A DNA stretch of 63,291 nucleotides, the filler included, from Hyphochytrium catenoides (lineage: Eukaryota > Protista > Hyphochytriomycota): NCBI GenBank assembly GCA_900088475.1. It is 9 parts of 9 records of this genome, joined end to end, with 100 filler letters (N's around TTAATTAATTAA, not from the genome) between each part and the next. Parts side by side here need not be neighbours in the genome. Positions count along the whole stretch, not along the records: positions 30,036 to 38,495 come from FLMG01003772.1; positions 38,596 to 48,471 come from FLMG01003926.1; positions 48,572 to 53,386 come from FLMG01000445.1; positions 53,487 to 54,745 come from FLMG01003790.1; 5 more parts are not named here. One strand, 5' to 3'. Numbering within the stretch: position 1 is the stretch's first letter; each line of letters opens with the position of its first letter. The notes under the pieces are model-generated. The model did not search any database. It saw only the letters and a program-made list of their open reading frames with translations, and was not told the DNA's origin. Made by a program: the position numbers and the translations under genes. This document shows positions 37,603 to 53,657 of the stretch, piece after piece.

Positions 37603-37648
<46 letters not shown>

Positions 37649-38901
37649 AGAGAGAGAGAGATGGAAGAAGGGAAGAAGGAAGGGAGGACCAACCTGCAAC
37701 AAAGGAACTCTCTCTGACGCTCCAAACTCCTCTTTGGACGCGGCGTGGTCGGGCATGACAGTCTCTCCGCGTCTCTCCCTCTTTCTTCCTCTCTCTGTCT
37801 CTCTCTCTGAGCACTTTTGAACGTGCAGTGGGCTGTCTCTCTCTTGCTTTTTTTCTGCTTTGTCTCTAGTTCTGACGAAGTTCGATGTCTAATGTTCTTT
37901 CAGCCTCAATGCGTGGAAGACATCACCTAAGAATCGAGATGGAAAGAGGAGGAAAAGGAGAAATGGCGAAAGAGATAGAGAGAGAAAGAGAGAGAGAGAG
38001 AAATGGCGAGAGGAGATGACCATGAAAGAATCTTAGAGAAGACGGAGGGACAATAAGAAGGAGAGAGAAAGAAAGAGACAGAGTAAGATGAGTACTGAAG
38101 AGCTGAAGATGAGGTGAAGCAGACTTTCCGCTGACTTCGTGCGGGAGAGAAAGAGAAGAAGAGCGGCGAAGATAGCGCAACTGACAAAAATAGAGGGAGA
38201 AGCAGAGTGTATGTGTCTTGGGAAGGCATTGTTCCTCGAGACTAAAGAGAAAGAGAAACGAGAGAAAGTGGATCCTCCGCAGACGAGAGCGAGCGAGAGT
38301 TAAGAGCGGCGTAAAGAGAGCGAGCGAGAGCGAGAGCAAGAGAGAGAGAGAGAGAGAAGGGGAAGCGGGGGAGAGAAAGATAGAGAGGGAGAGAGAGAGA
38401 AAGACAGACAGACAGGAAGAGAGTGAGAAGAAGAGAGGAAGAAGAGAGAGAGACAGAGAAAAAGGAAGAAGAAGAGAGAGAGAGAGAGAGAGAGANNNNN
38501 NNNNNNNNNNNNNNNNNNNNNNNNNNNNNNNNNNNNNNNTTAATTAATTAANNNNNNNNNNNNNNNNNNNNNNNNNNNNNNNNNNNNNNNNNNNNCTCTT
38601 GCCCTCCTCCCTCCTCTGTCTCTCTCTTTCGACCCGACGTAAGAAGTCATGATCTTTCTTGTTTATTTTGAGGTTTCCCTTCGTTCTAGTATGAGTTGCG
38701 AGGTTATCTAGCTGTTAGATCTCCTATTGTCTTACTCATCACCCTCTTTCTCCCCACAATCTCTCTCTCTCCCCCCTCTCCCTCTCTCCTTTTCTCCCTA
38801 CTCTCTCTTTCTTACCATTCTCCTCCTCTCTCTCCTTCTCCCTCTCTCTCCAACTCTCCCTCTCTCTCTTTCTCTGCCTCCCGGGCAAACCTTAGCCACC
38901 A

Positions 38902-41394
<2,493 letters not shown>

Positions 41395-42260
41395 AGAAAG
41401 AAGAAACACAGAGAGAGAGAGAGAATAGAGAGAGAGAGAGAAAGAGAGAGGCATATATATATATTGGGATTGGCCTTATCCTGCCAGGCGAAAGAGATGT
41501 GAACGAAAGAGTCAGAAGCAGCGGAAATTGAGGAGATGATGGGGAGAAAGAGAAACACATTTATCTTAGGCTTGGTCTTCTCCTGCCAGGCAGGAGAAAG
41601 GTGAAAGAGAGAGAGAGAAGTAGGGAGAGATAGACAGAGAACAGTTATGAAGACTACCGGTACTCTTTTTGCACGTTTATGTGTACAAGCTTGTCCTATG
41701 GTCATGGTGTATAAATCAATGGATCATCCGTCTGCCTAATGTTAAGAGCCCAAAGCTATGCGCCTACGAAGAGAGAAACAGAGGAAAAGAACAAAGGACA
41801 GAGGACGTAAGAGAGATCAGAGCAGAGAACGGAAGAAAGAATGGACAAAGATAGAAGAAAGTGCCAAGAGAGATTGAGCCTCGAAAATTACTTATTCGCT
41901 TGTTAAGCCTTCCTCTCCTTTCTCAATGGGGATAACACGAAGTCGGATAGCGAGAGAAGCGTAGAGAGAGAGAGATGTAAGAGAGAGAGAGAGATGAAAA
42001 GGAGAGAGAGGGCAGGAGAAAGAACGAAAGAAAGAAAGGAGGAGAGAAGAGAGAGACATATTGCGAAGGAGAATTGGCTTATACGGGAGAGTGCAAGACA
42101 CTGCTACTGATAATGGAGAAGGCTTATTCTCTTTGTTGAATGACCATCATCTCAGAGAGATGTTTATATGAATGAAGAATGTAAAAGATGCCAAGAAGGG
42201 AGTCATTAACCACATAAAGGAAACACACAGAACCTCTCTCTCTCTTTTCTCTCTCTCTCT

Positions 42261-43865
42261 CTATACTCCTGGCGCAGGACTGGACAGCGCTGGGCCCTTG
42301 TTAAGGTACATTCTAGGGCCAAAGAGCTTGTCCATATCCTCCAGAGAGACGCCCTTGGTCTCTGGCACGCTGTAATAGACATAGAAGATAGCGAAAAGAA
42401 GGAAAGCAGCAAAGAAGATGAAAGTATAGCCAATGCCAATAGAAGCAATCAGCCGCTGGACGATCTGGGCAATGACAAAGTTGGCCATCCACTGAGAGAA
42501 GACAGAGGTAGACAGCGCCTTCTCCTTGACGTCCATAGGGAAGATTTCTGAAGGATAGACCCATGGTACACCGCCCCAAGCGATAGCAAAGCCTAAGAAA
42601 TAGATGCAGAGAAGAGTGAACTGGATCCACGCCTTGGTGGGAGATGTCTCTCCCTCAGCAACAGACCAGGCTTCTTGGATGACTCCTGCCACTCCCATGG
42701 TCACGAACATGACTGCAGCGCCTGCAATAAGCAGTGGCCGACGGCCCATCTTATCAATGACACCCATCATCACGATAGTGCCGACAAGGTTGAAAGACTG
42801 GGCAATGAAGCTTGCGACAAGGGCGTTCAATGGCAGACCCAACGCGATGAAGACGCTAGGACCATAGCCAACCATAGCATTGATACCGGTAAACTGCTGC
42901 AGCCACTGGAGCATGTTGGCGATGATAACGCGCTTGCGGATGGAAGGATCGGTGAACAGAACAGAGTACGGCTGCTCCTCTTTCTCCTGCTGAAGAGCCT
43001 CTTCAATGCCATTGAGCTCTTCTTCAACATGCTCGGTACCGCGAAGCTTCACAAGCACTCTGCGGGCAGCATCGTGACCCTTCTTCTGCATCTGATAACG
43101 AGGAGATGGAGGCATGAACCAGACGCCCATGGCGAGGACAAGAGCTGGAGCAATGGGAGCGGCGATGGAAGCTTTCCACGAGACAGAGTCTGGAATGTTA
43201 TAGCCAGAGGCGATCTGAGAGCCAATTACACAGGACAACTGCATCGTAGTGCCCAGGATACCACGAATAGATGCAGGAGAGAGCTCAGAGTTGTACATAG
43301 GAAGAGTGTACGTCACACAGCCCACGCCTACGCCGGTGAAGAACCTTGCAGCCAGGAAAGAGCCAACATTCGTGGTCAGCGCGCACCAGAGCATAGCCAC
43401 AGAGACGACAATGCCACCGAAAGAGAGAGCAAAACGCCTGCCAAACTTGCGAGTGATGATGGGAGCGATAGCCAGAGCGCCGCCAGCTGCTCCCAACTGA
43501 ATGATAGAGCCGCCCCAGGAGATGAAGTCAGTCCAGCCAGAAGGCTGATGGCAGTTCTTGTCCGTAGATCCGCAGTTGTCGATGTCGCAAACTTCTGTGC
43601 CTGCGCCGTCTGTCTCTGTGCCATAACGACTATAGCAGAAATCTTTGACAAAGTCTTCTTTCACGATGGCACCGCCGTAGTTTGCCTGGTCCAAGCCGAA
43701 GAGAATGCCTCCAATGGCGCAGAAACAGACGACAAGAGTGACGAAGACATTGTTTCCTTTGTCAGAAGTGTCTTTCCTGAGCCCCGACAGGCTGTTATAC
43801 GATGGACGATCCTTCAGAGTAGGATCAGAGAGACGAGGAACGTTGGTTGAGACGCTCCCCTGCAT
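42261..43865 (-). CDS. Intronless sugar porter family (MFS) hexose transporter, 534 aa
   Basis: GGILFGLDQ, KFGRR, PMYNSELSPASIRG, LQQFTGINA, IDKMGRRPLL, WGGVPWVYPSEIFP, VPETKG. Probable start MQGSVSTN at 43865. Confidence 0.96.
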   Translation of the reverse strand: MQGSVSTNVPRLSDPTLKDRPSYNSLSGLRKDTSDKGNNVFVTLVVCFCAIGGILFGLDQANYGGAIVKEDFVKDFCYSRYGTETDGAGTEVCDIDNCGSTDKNCHQPSGWTDFISWGGSIIQLGAAGGALAIAPIITRKFGRRFALSFGGIVVSVAMLWCALTTNVGSFLAARFFTGVGVGCVTYTLPMYNSELSPASIRGILGTTMQLSCVIGSQIASGYNIPDSVSWKASIAAPIAPALVLAMGVWFMPPSPRYQMQKKGHDAARRVLVKLRGTEHVEEELNGIEEALQQEKEEQPYSVLFTDPSIRKRVIIANMLQWLQQFTGINAMVGYGPSVFIALGLPLNALVASFIAQSFNLVGTIVMMGVIDKMGRRPLLIAGAAVMFVTMGVAGVIQEAWSVAEGETSPTKAWIQFTLLCIYFLGFAIAWGGVPWVYPSEIFPMDVKEKALSTSVFSQWMANFVIAQIVQRLIASIGIGYTFIFFAAFLLFAIFYVYYSVPETKGVSLEDMDKLFGPRMYLNKGPALSSPAPGV

Positions 43866-44294
43866 GTTTCTTCCTCTCTCTTTTTTTTTCGCTCTCTCTC
43901 TCTCTCCTCGGTTGGAAGCTCCTTGGTCGTAGAGAGGGCCGAGACAAGTTGGTTCTCGACTTCTTTGTGAGGCTGGAAGTTGTGGAATGAGCGGAGGAGT
44001 GTCGGGGAAGAGACGCCTGCCAACAGAGAGAGAAAAGGTGGACGTGCTCTTATGTGAGCAAGCACCCTCTCTCTCTCTCTCTCTCTTCAACTTCGTCTCT
44101 CTCTCTCCTCTTCTCTCTCTTCGTAGTTGGTGACTTTCCATCATCAGGCGGCAGCCTTCTGAAAGTGGCTTCTGCAGCCACATGATGGCAGAGAAAGGAT
44201 GCAGGAGGAGTCCTCCAAGGGTTGGAGGAGAAAGCAAGAGAAACGTGGCGAGGGAGGTAGTGAGAGGAAGGCCAGAGACTGTGTACACAGGGTC

Positions 44295-44328
<34 letters not shown>

Positions 44329-45184
44329 GAGAGAGAGAAAAGGGAAGGGAAGAAGGGACGATGACAATGTCTTTCCATCTTTCTTTTGCCACCGCCGCTG
44401 CTTCTTCTCCTGCTGGATATCCTGCCTTATGTCGGCCCAGGAAGGATCCAGTGGGAGCTGAAGATTGGGCCTTGAAGCTTGAAGCTCTGAACTGGAGGGG
44501 AGGACAATCTTCCTCAAGACAAGGACANNNNNNNNNNNNNNNNNNNNNNNNNNNNNNNNNNNNNNNNNNNNNNNNNNNNNNNNAGAGAGAGAAGAGATCC
44601 AGCACTAGGCACTCGCACCACGTTGTAATGCAGTTGAAGAGCGAGGACGTGAGGTGGCGGATGCAGCATCAGAATCTCTCCTTGTCTTCCGCTGCTTGTG
44701 GCGCTTCATCGCAAGAGAAGAACGACGGTTGTGAGGGAGAAGAAGACATGGAGATGGTCTTCAGTCTCCACAGTCTCTCTCTCTCTCTCTTTTTGACCTC
44801 TGTCTGCCTCCATTTCTGCTTGTTCATGCTATCTTCCCCCACCTTCCTCTCTCCATGCCTTTCTCTCTCTCTTCCACCTTCTCTCTCTCTCTCCCTCTTT
44901 CTTGCTCTCTCTCTCTTTCTCCATGCCTTTCTCTCTCTCTTTCTTTCTCTCTCTCTCTCTCTTTCTTTCTCTCTCTCTCTTTCTCTCTCTCTCTCGCTCT
45001 CTCTCTCTCTCGCTCTCTCTCTCACTCTTTCTCTCTCTCTGTGTTTTTCTCTCACTCTCTCACTTTCTTTCTCTCTCTCTCTCTCACTTTCTTTCACTCT
45101 CTCTCTCTCTCTNNNNNNNNNNNNNNNNNNNNNNNNNNNNNNNNNNNNNNNNNNNNNNNNNNTCTCTCTCTCCCTCTCTCTCTC

Positions 45185-45215
<31 letters not shown>

Positions 45216-46892
45216 TTCTCTCTTTCTCTCATTCTTGGTGGGTCGTAGTGACTTCAACGTGTGGTCAACCTTCCTCCTTTTTCGCAGAACATTTTTTCGT
45301 GCTCTTCCTCGCCTCTGTACATCTCTTTCACACATATAAGCCTTCTAACTAATGAGTCTTTATGATCTGTCTCAACGAGTAAATATTTCTCATCACTCTT
45401 CCTCGTCGCGTTACCATATTTGCCTTTTCCCTTTTTCCTACTAAATAAGCCTGTTATAACATTCGGGACTAACCCAAAAATGAGCAGCCCTCTCCTGATT
45501 CTTTTCTTCACATTGGTCAGGGGGTGTCAGGTCTACTATTACAGTCTGTGCAAGACCCAAAATCCTAGGACATTGGAAATGTTGCCTACCTAGAGGGAGG
45601 GCAGACAGCGTATTACTACTTCTGGTCTAAGGTCTGCTAAAAACTATCCAGTGGAAATAATTCAGGTCTAACTTGCTGGATCTTTAGGAATGGCTCGCCG
45701 CACTCCAAGGACCTAATTTCTAGATTTGGCCCTTATCCTCCTCAATAGTTCTAGAATTGATCGTTGTCTCCTAAATATATAGAGACATGGCTGGAACTAT
45801 GGAAGGCCATCTCCTCGATATGATTGCATTACCCTTTCTTTTCTGTAGTCTAAACGAGCGTAGAGTTATAGTTCTAAACTCCACCTCGTATAGTATTGTC
45901 TAGAACTGTTTTAGGTTTAGGACCTGGCCAAGTAGACCTCTGGGTTCTCCGCATGATCTGGCGATGTGGGTCCAGAAGTTGATTTACCATTTTTGGTCAC
46001 CCACTTGCCACCATTATTCAAGGCTTTATTTTCTAAAAGAACCACTCAATGATATAGCTACTATTTAGTCTTTGCAGCCATTTTGATATTGGAAAATGGG
46101 GTAGGATTTAGATACTTGTTTTCATGGAGGTCGTGTCCCCCCGTACAGGCAAATCTATGGAGATGGGTAGGAGTGGTTCTAAATTCCAGACCATCTCCAG
46201 GCCCCAATTGATTTATTGTGTCCGAACGACCCGCAAGTTAGTCAGAAGCCACCTCACACCTGACCTGATTCCTCTACCAGATACAAAGCCGTCATGTCCG
46301 ACCAATTAGCCAACAGGCCCCATTTGAACGGCTAAGGCAAGTAAGTATCTGTTTCTTTCCACAAATTCTACCTACATAAGTTTTTGTGGCTTTTTGTAAT
46401 GGTAAATTTGTGAAGTAGAAGGAATTGTAAATAGGTTGAGAAAGCAAGTACCTACTTAAGTTTAGTCTACTTCTCAGATGCTGCTGCTGGTGTCTGTAAC
46501 TGACAGAGAATCCGGGGGCACAGAGACAAAGAGAAAAGGAGAGCGAGACAGAGAGAGAGAGAAAGAGAGAGAAGAAAGAGAGAGAGAGAGAGAGAAAGGG
46601 AGAAAAAGAGACAGAAAAGAGAGAGAAAGAGAAAGAGTGAGAGTAAGATAGAGAGAGAGAGACAGGAAGAGAGAGAGAAAGAGACATGAAGAGAAAGAGA
46701 GAGAGAGAGAGAAAAAGGAAGGGAAGAAGAAAGGGACGAGATTGCGAAAAGACGAGATATCAAAAGAGCATGCAGCTGCAGCATTGACAATGTGATTATG
46801 AAAGGAAATGAAAGAGTCAGAGAAAATGCGAGCACCTGCAGGTCAGGACAATACGCAATTGAGGGGAAAGAGCAAACGAGCGAGAGGGAAAC

Positions 46893-46943
<51 letters not shown>

Positions 46944-48571
46944 AAAAAAAAAAGAGTAGCAAAGGTCGTGGAGTTGAGGGGCAGACTGAAGTGAAGCTCT
47001 GGTCTCCGTTGATGGAAGAAGTGCCAGCAGAAGAGGTTAGGGAAGAAAACGCTCGCTGCCTCTGGACTGGGTAGTTTGCTGGGCCCCAGGAACTGGAGAG
47101 AGAAGAGAGAGACTATTGACGGGAAACTTCGTTCTTCACTGTTTCTTACCGTGGCCCTGCGCACACTTCCTCCACTTCACTTCCCTCTGCCTCAATTTGG
47201 ATTCACTGGATGCAGATGACGTGGACCGTCACGAAGTCATGCTCCCGTCTTTTCTCTCTCCTCTCTCCTCTNNNNNNNNNNNNNNNNNNNNNNNNNNNNN
47301 NNNNNNNNNNNNNNNNNNNNNNNNNNNTCCTTGTTCGCTCTCACCTTTCAGCTGAGCTGGACAGTGAGGGACCCTGAAGCTAACGAGGCAACACGTCTGG
47401 GCTTCTATGGAAGAATGTGCGCCAAGGAAACTGGGTCTGGCGGATATCTCTCTGAATACTTTTCTACCTTTTGGATCCCTGGCAGCTTATCGTCCTTCAG
47501 CTTTGAAAAGAAGGACTCCAGGCCCTCTGTTTCCCCGTTATTGCATCTTCTCTTATCCCTTCCTCTCTTTTTCTCTCCCTCTCTCTCTTTCTCTCTCTCT
47601 CTCTTTCTCTCTCTGTTCCTCTCTCTCTCGCTCTCCGTCCCATAGATGGTGGCGCTAGCAGGGCGGGTCCAAAGGAGGTCAAGGGGCGGTCTCCACTGGC
47701 TCTGTTGGCCAATCTTTCTTGATATCCATCTGCCCGTACGTTTTATACTTCTCTTTCTCTTCCTTTGCTTCAACTGTCTCCACACCATATCCCACCTTCT
47801 TATCGCGTCTCATTGTTGCTCTCTCTCTCTCTCTCCTCTCTCTCTCCTGATAGATCCCTATAACTTTGGACAGCTCTTTCTGCGGCCTGGCACTTCAATA
47901 AACTTTTGAATCTTGGCGCACCTTCAAGGTATCTTCAAGAAAAACAAGAGGCAAACCGTCATGCAAAGGCCAACTTCTTAGAGGTCCGGGGCCTTTATTG
48001 TGGCGAGGCTTCTTCAAGCTCCAGAGAGATGCGCACAGGCAGAGAGAGAGAGCGAGCACTTGATACCTTTAGACAGATAGAGAGAGAGAGAGAGACAACT
48101 TTCTACTTTTATAAAAGAAAAGAGTGGCCCAGGAAGGACCTTCGGTCCTTCGACAACTTAGGCTCGCTGCCAGTGGATTCTTATTATCCATAAAGGGCAA
48201 GATGGCCTCCACATAAGAGATAGATAGAGAGAGAAAGAGAGAGAGAGAGAGAGAACGCACAGGAATGTAGAAAGAGACAGGGAAAGAGATATGGCAGAGC
48301 GCTAGTAGGAAGATCATCTTCATCATTTCGCTCCATCTTGGTAACGACAACCTGCATTATCTAGAATCAACAGACGTTCTCTTCTCCTCCATCTTTCGCG
48401 CCTTCACTGAGAGAGAGAGAGCCACATGAAAGGGAAAGAGGATTCTTGTCCGAACGTCGTTGTGGCACTGTNNNNNNNNNNNNNNNNNNNNNNNNNNNNN
48501 NNNNNNNNNNNNNNNTTAATTAATTAANNNNNNNNNNNNNNNNNNNNNNNNNNNNNNNNNNNNNNNNNNNN

Positions 48572-48606
<35 letters not shown>

Positions 48607-48610
48607 GCAG

Positions 48611-48847
48611 GTAGTCCGCGACCGCGTCAAACAGTTTGCCCAGCATCAAGTCTCCAGCTCCGGGGGGAGTTCAGGGAGTGGCCCCTCTATCCCCCCCTTT
48701 AAAATCATAGTCTTAGACGAGGCGGACTCGATGACGGCGGACGCCCAGGCAGCGCTCAGACGAACTATGGAAAACTACTCAAAAATCACTAGGTTCTGCC
48801 TCATTTGCAACTATGTGACCAGGTGAGTTGCAGAAAGAGAGAGAGGA

Positions 48848-48878
<31 letters not shown>

Positions 48879-51067
48879 GAGCCGAGAGGGACCAGAGAGA
48901 GAGAGAGAGAGAAAAAAAGGTGAGGGGGAGGAGAGAGAGAGAGAGAGATTGAGATTGAGAAGAAGGTGAGGAGAGAGAGAGAGAGAAAAAGAGAGAGAGA
49001 GAGGAGAAGGCCAAGAGAGAGAAAGAGAGACAGCAGCGAGGAAGGAGAAAGCAGAAAGAGAGAGAGAGAGAGAGAAAGTGGAGAAGGCGGGGAGAGAGAA
49101 AGAGAGAGAGCAGCGAAGAAAGGAGAAAGCAGGAAGAGAGAGACAGAGAGGCAGGGTGGGTACATAGAAGCAAGTGAGAAAAGAGAGATCAAAGACAGGA
49201 AGGGGAGCTGAACGCAAGAAAGAAATAGCATCTAGGAGGACGGGAAGACAAGAGGAAGCACGATCCTGACGTTCTCTCTGTCTGCGTCTCACTCTCTCTT
49301 CTCTCTCTTCTCCCTCGCTCACTGTGTCTCGCGACTGATTCTCTCTTATTTCGGTAGGATCATTGAACCTCTGGCGTCTCGTTGCGCAAAGTTTCGCTTC
49401 AAGTCGTTGGACCGGCCTTCGATGCTGCAGAGACTGAACTTCATCTTGCAGCAGGAGAAAATTGTGCTAGATGAGAAAGTAAGAGTCTTTCTCTCTCTCC
49501 ATTAACAGTTTCTTTATATCTCGTCGTTAGTTTTGGAAATATATAACTCGTTCTGTGTCTCTCTTAACTTTTCTTGTTCTTGTGTGTCTCTCTTCTTCTT
49601 TGACTCTGTCTCACTCTTCCAGTCTGTGTCTCCCTCATGTTCTGCCTGTCTCTCGAGCGTCTCTCTCTCTCGGTTTCAGTCTCTCTCCCCTTTCCTCTGT
49701 CTCTTGCTTTCCCCCACGTCGTCCACCTCTTTCCCTTTTGCATCAAGGCCTTGTCCTCTCCCAGTCTTCCCCTCTTCCTAGGACTTCCTGTTCATATAAG
49801 TAGCCATTGACTTTATTTCTCTCTCTCTTCTCTCATCTCTCTCTCTTTTTCGCTCTCTCTTTCTCTCCCTCTCTTTTCCCCAGACGTTGAATACTATCTT
49901 AGATGTTTCAGAGGGCGATATGAGGAAAGCGATTAACTTCTTGCAGAGTTGCAGCCAAATTTCTTCAGAAAACGGAGTCAAGCCGGGAACTGTTATCGAT
50001 ATCGCCGGGGTACGTAACAATATCCTCTCTCTCTCTCTTCTCCTCTCTCACTTTCTCTCTCTCTTCTCTTCTCTCTCTCTCTCTCTGCCTCTCTCTCTCT
50101 CTTTTCTTTCTCTGCTCCCATTCCCTCCTTGTTCATGTCTGTTCTTCTCTGACGGACTCATCCTTTTGCTTTTACTTTGGTCTGTCCCTACCATGTTCAC
50201 TGTCTCTTCTCTAACTCTTTCTGTCTTTACTCCGCATCGCTCCCTTTCGTGGATCTCTATGCTTCTGGCTCTATGATTTACGGCTTTGTGACTTGTCTGT
50301 CCGTCTGTCTCTGCCACTCTCTTCTACCCTCTCTCTAATGTCGTTCTCCCATTACAATCTCTCCCTTCTCTCTTTCTCTCTTTCCCACCCGCTCCCGCCT
50401 CTCTCTCTCTCTCTCTCTCTCTNNNNNNNNNNNNNNNNNNNNNNNNNNNNNNNNNATTCCCGATGACCGAATCTCTCAATACTTCGCGGCCGCCAAGTCG
50501 AAGAATTTCTCAAAGCTGCGCGTGGAAGTGCAGAATCTCGTGTTGGAGGGTTACTCGGCCATGACGCTCATCAGACAGGTGAGTGGGGAAGAGGAAGTGT
50601 AAAGAGAAAAACGGACAGAAAGAGAGCTTTAGAAAGATACGCGGAGAGCGGCGACGAAGATAGAGAAGACGATAGCAAAGGAGTGATAGAAGGATAGGAT
50701 GAGGAAAGTAGTAAAACAGAGAAAATAGGGAAGTGAGAGAGAAAGAAGGCGCAAAAAGGATACCAGGGTGTAAAGGAGGAGAAAGAGAGGACTAAGACGC
50801 ACCTTCAAGAGATCTCTTAGCCCCGCCCCTATATTAATCTGGTAAAACTCTAAAATTGCCAATTTCCATACTTTTGTATGGGCCCTCGATCTCTATCTGC
50901 AGATTACGGAGAGCTTGATTGCCGATGGCAGCCTCAACTCGGTCCAGAAGGCGCGGATCTGCATGGCGATCGCAGATGCGGACAAGAAGATTTCAGATGG
51001 GGCTGATGAGGAGCTCCAGATTCTGGATATAAGCCAAGTGATCTTCAATCAGCTGACTGTATACTAA
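48611..51067 (+). CDS. RFC4: Replication factor C small subunit (human RFC4 / yeast Rfc2 type), 5' truncated by scaffold edge, 5 visible exons
   Basis: [10 protein letters not shown]...[44 protein letters not shown]|[15 protein letters not shown]...[14 protein letters not shown]...[11 protein letters not shown]. Confidence 0.95.
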
Positions 51068-52240
51068 AAATGGAAGAAAAAGGTTAGCCGTCGTTTTGTC
51101 AGCAGGAGCGCTACCTTCATAGCTTCTCTATATTCTCTCTCCTGATTGGAAAGGGAAATGAAAGTAGTTGCCACGATGGAAAGAAGGGAAAAAGAGAGAG
51201 AGAGAAAGAAAGAGAGAGAGAAAGGAAAGAGAGACAGAAAGAGAGACAGATAAGAAGGGAAGAGAGAGAGAAGGAAAGAGAGAGAGAAAGGAAAGAGAGA
51301 CAGAAAGAGAGAGAGATAAGAAGAGAAGAGAAAGGAAGAGAGAGAAGAGAAGTGGTAGTAAGAAGAGAGGCTTGAGAGAGAGAGCAATGAGTGAGAGTGA
51401 GAGAGAGAGAGGGAGAGAGAACAACTTTGTAATAGAGAGAAGATATGAAAGAGAGAGAACCCCGAACACGAGGTGGTTGTGAGCCGGAAGGAAGGATAAA
51501 GATCTGGAGGGGGAGACACAAACTCCAGGGAAGAGAAAAAGCAAAAAGCAAAGAACAAAATAAGATTGAAAAGAGGGAAGAAGGTCAAACAAGAGAAAGG
51601 GTCTGAGTGTAATGGAAAGAAAGAAATAGAGACAGAGGCACACAGAAACTTAGGTGCCAAGAGAAAGAAAGAAATGGCAGAGCCTCGCTCGACACTGGGA
51701 AGAGAAGAAAAAGGAGAAAGAAAAATAATTGACAACGAAAAAAGAGAGTGATGAGAAAGAAAGAAGAGATTAGCCAGGAGAACGGCAGATGAAATGATAT
51801 TGGGACCTGACAAGCAAGAAGAGAGGGAGAGAGACAGAGAGAGAGAGAAGAAACCAAGAGAGAGAGAAAGAAAGAAAGTAAGAAGACCAACAAAGAAAGA
51901 AGGCAAAGAGGAGGAAAGAAGCATTTTGTTCTTGAAGGAGCGATAACAACACCTCGCTCTCCTAAGATAGTTTATAATTGCCTTTGCTAGTCTTCTCCAA
52001 GATAACATAGCCTCAGAGAAATAGCATCTTATAGTATATCATAGGAAGCGAGCTCCGCCCATGGTCGATTATTGTCGCATTACTACCGATAATATGTCCT
52101 CCTCTCTCTGTCTCGCTCTCTCCCTCTCTGTGTGCCTCTCTCCCCTCCGTTATCACCCTCTGTCCCTGTCTCATGCTCTCTTTTGTCATCTCTGTCTCTG
52201 TGTCGGTCTCCCTGTCCCTTGTCTCTGTCTCTCTTCTCTG

Positions 52241-52275
<35 letters not shown>

Positions 52276-53486
52276 GTCTCTCTCTCTCTCTCTCAGTCNN
52301 NNNNNNNNNNNNNNNNNNNNNNNNNNNNNNNNNNNNNNNNNNNNNNNNNNNNTCTCTCTCTCTCTCTCTCTCTCTCGTCCCTTGCTCGGGGTCTTTTGTG
52401 TCAGCACCTTCATTCTTTCTCATCAGTAGTCAAAACACCAACATCCCACACCGAGACTGCAGAAAGGGAGAGACAAAGAGGGAGAGAGAGAAAGAGTAAA
52501 GAAAGAGAGAGAGAGAGAGAAGAACTGCGGTCGTTCCTTCGGTCGCGCTCACGATTTGAATGACTTGACGCTGTCTCCCCCTTTGCGGTTTGACTCTTTT
52601 GAACGCGCAAGACGAGACGAGGAAAGAAGAGAGAAGAGGACACAAAAAGGAAAGAGGGAGTCCCACAAGGGAGGGCGGCATTGAGGGCAAAAGAGAGAGA
52701 GAGAGAGACAGACAGACAGAAAAAAGAAAAGAGAGAAAGAGAATGGCTCGTAGGCCGACGGAGGGGATAAAGAGGTACGGCTGCCGGTGTTGTCTCCTTC
52801 CTACCTTCAACCTCGCTGCTCTCTCNNNNNNNNNNNNNNNNNNNNNNNNNNNNNNNNNNNNNNNNCTCTCTCTCTCTCTCTTTCTCCCGTCGATCTCTCT
52901 CTCTCTACCTGTCCTTTCCCTCTCTTCTTTCTCTCCACCTCTTCTCTTTCTCTTTTCTCTCTTCGTCCTCCTTGCAACTGTCTCTTTCGTTTCCTCTTCT
53001 CCCTCGGTGATCCTCTATCTTCGTCTCTCTTTCTCTCTGTCCCCTTTTGCCTCTCTGCCCTTTCTCCCTGTCTCTTCTCCTCTGCCCGTTTTCCTTGATC
53101 TGGTCTCTCTCTCCTCCTTCTGTTCTCTCACACGCTCTCTCTCTCTCAAAGATCGCATGCAGGGAAGAAGAGAGAGGACGATGAAGAGAGAGAAAGAGAG
53201 ACAAACCCTTCCGTTCTCTCTCCTCTCTCTCCTTCTCCTTCTTCCTCTTCTCTCTCTCGCGAGGGCGGCTCGGATCTCTTCCATAAATTCTTTCAGTTGG
53301 CGCTCCTCCTGGCGGCCCTCTACGGTCTCTATGAGTGCAAGTTCCTTCATGTTCTGCTCTACTCGACCAAGGTCAATCGGTGGGTCNNNNNNNNNNNNNN
53401 NNNNNNNNNNNNNNNNNNNNNNNNNNNNNNTTAATTAATTAANNNNNNNNNNNNNNNNNNNNNNNNNNNNNNNNNNNNNNNNNNNN

Positions 53487-53657
53487 TCATCAATGAAGGA
53501 AAGAACAATGTTCCAGCAGGCGACGACAACGAGGATCCCTTCCAATACTTCTTCCTCCTGCTGGCAGCGAAGGCCAACAACTCATCAAGAAAGGAAAGAA
53601 CAATGTTCCAGCAGGCGACGACGACGAGGATCCCTTCCAATACTTCTCCTCCTGGCG
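53487..53657. repeat. Imperfect tandem duplication, period about 95 bp, at scaffold start
   Basis: aaggaaagaacaatgttccagcaggcgacgacRacgaggatcccttccaatacttct occurs twice. Confidence 0.9.

Noticed and set aside
42675-43850. 391-aa antisense ORF
   Set aside because: Codon-register shadow of the sugar porter, with no motifs.
43866-44378. 171-aa N-terminal extension making the sugar porter 705 aa
   Set aside because: It runs through microsatellites and has no transporter features, so MQGSVS at 43865 is the more plausible start.
47330-48200. Exon-like unique segments between CT tracts
   Set aside because: Could not be joined into an open frame with a recognisable product. A gene here remains possible but is unsupported.
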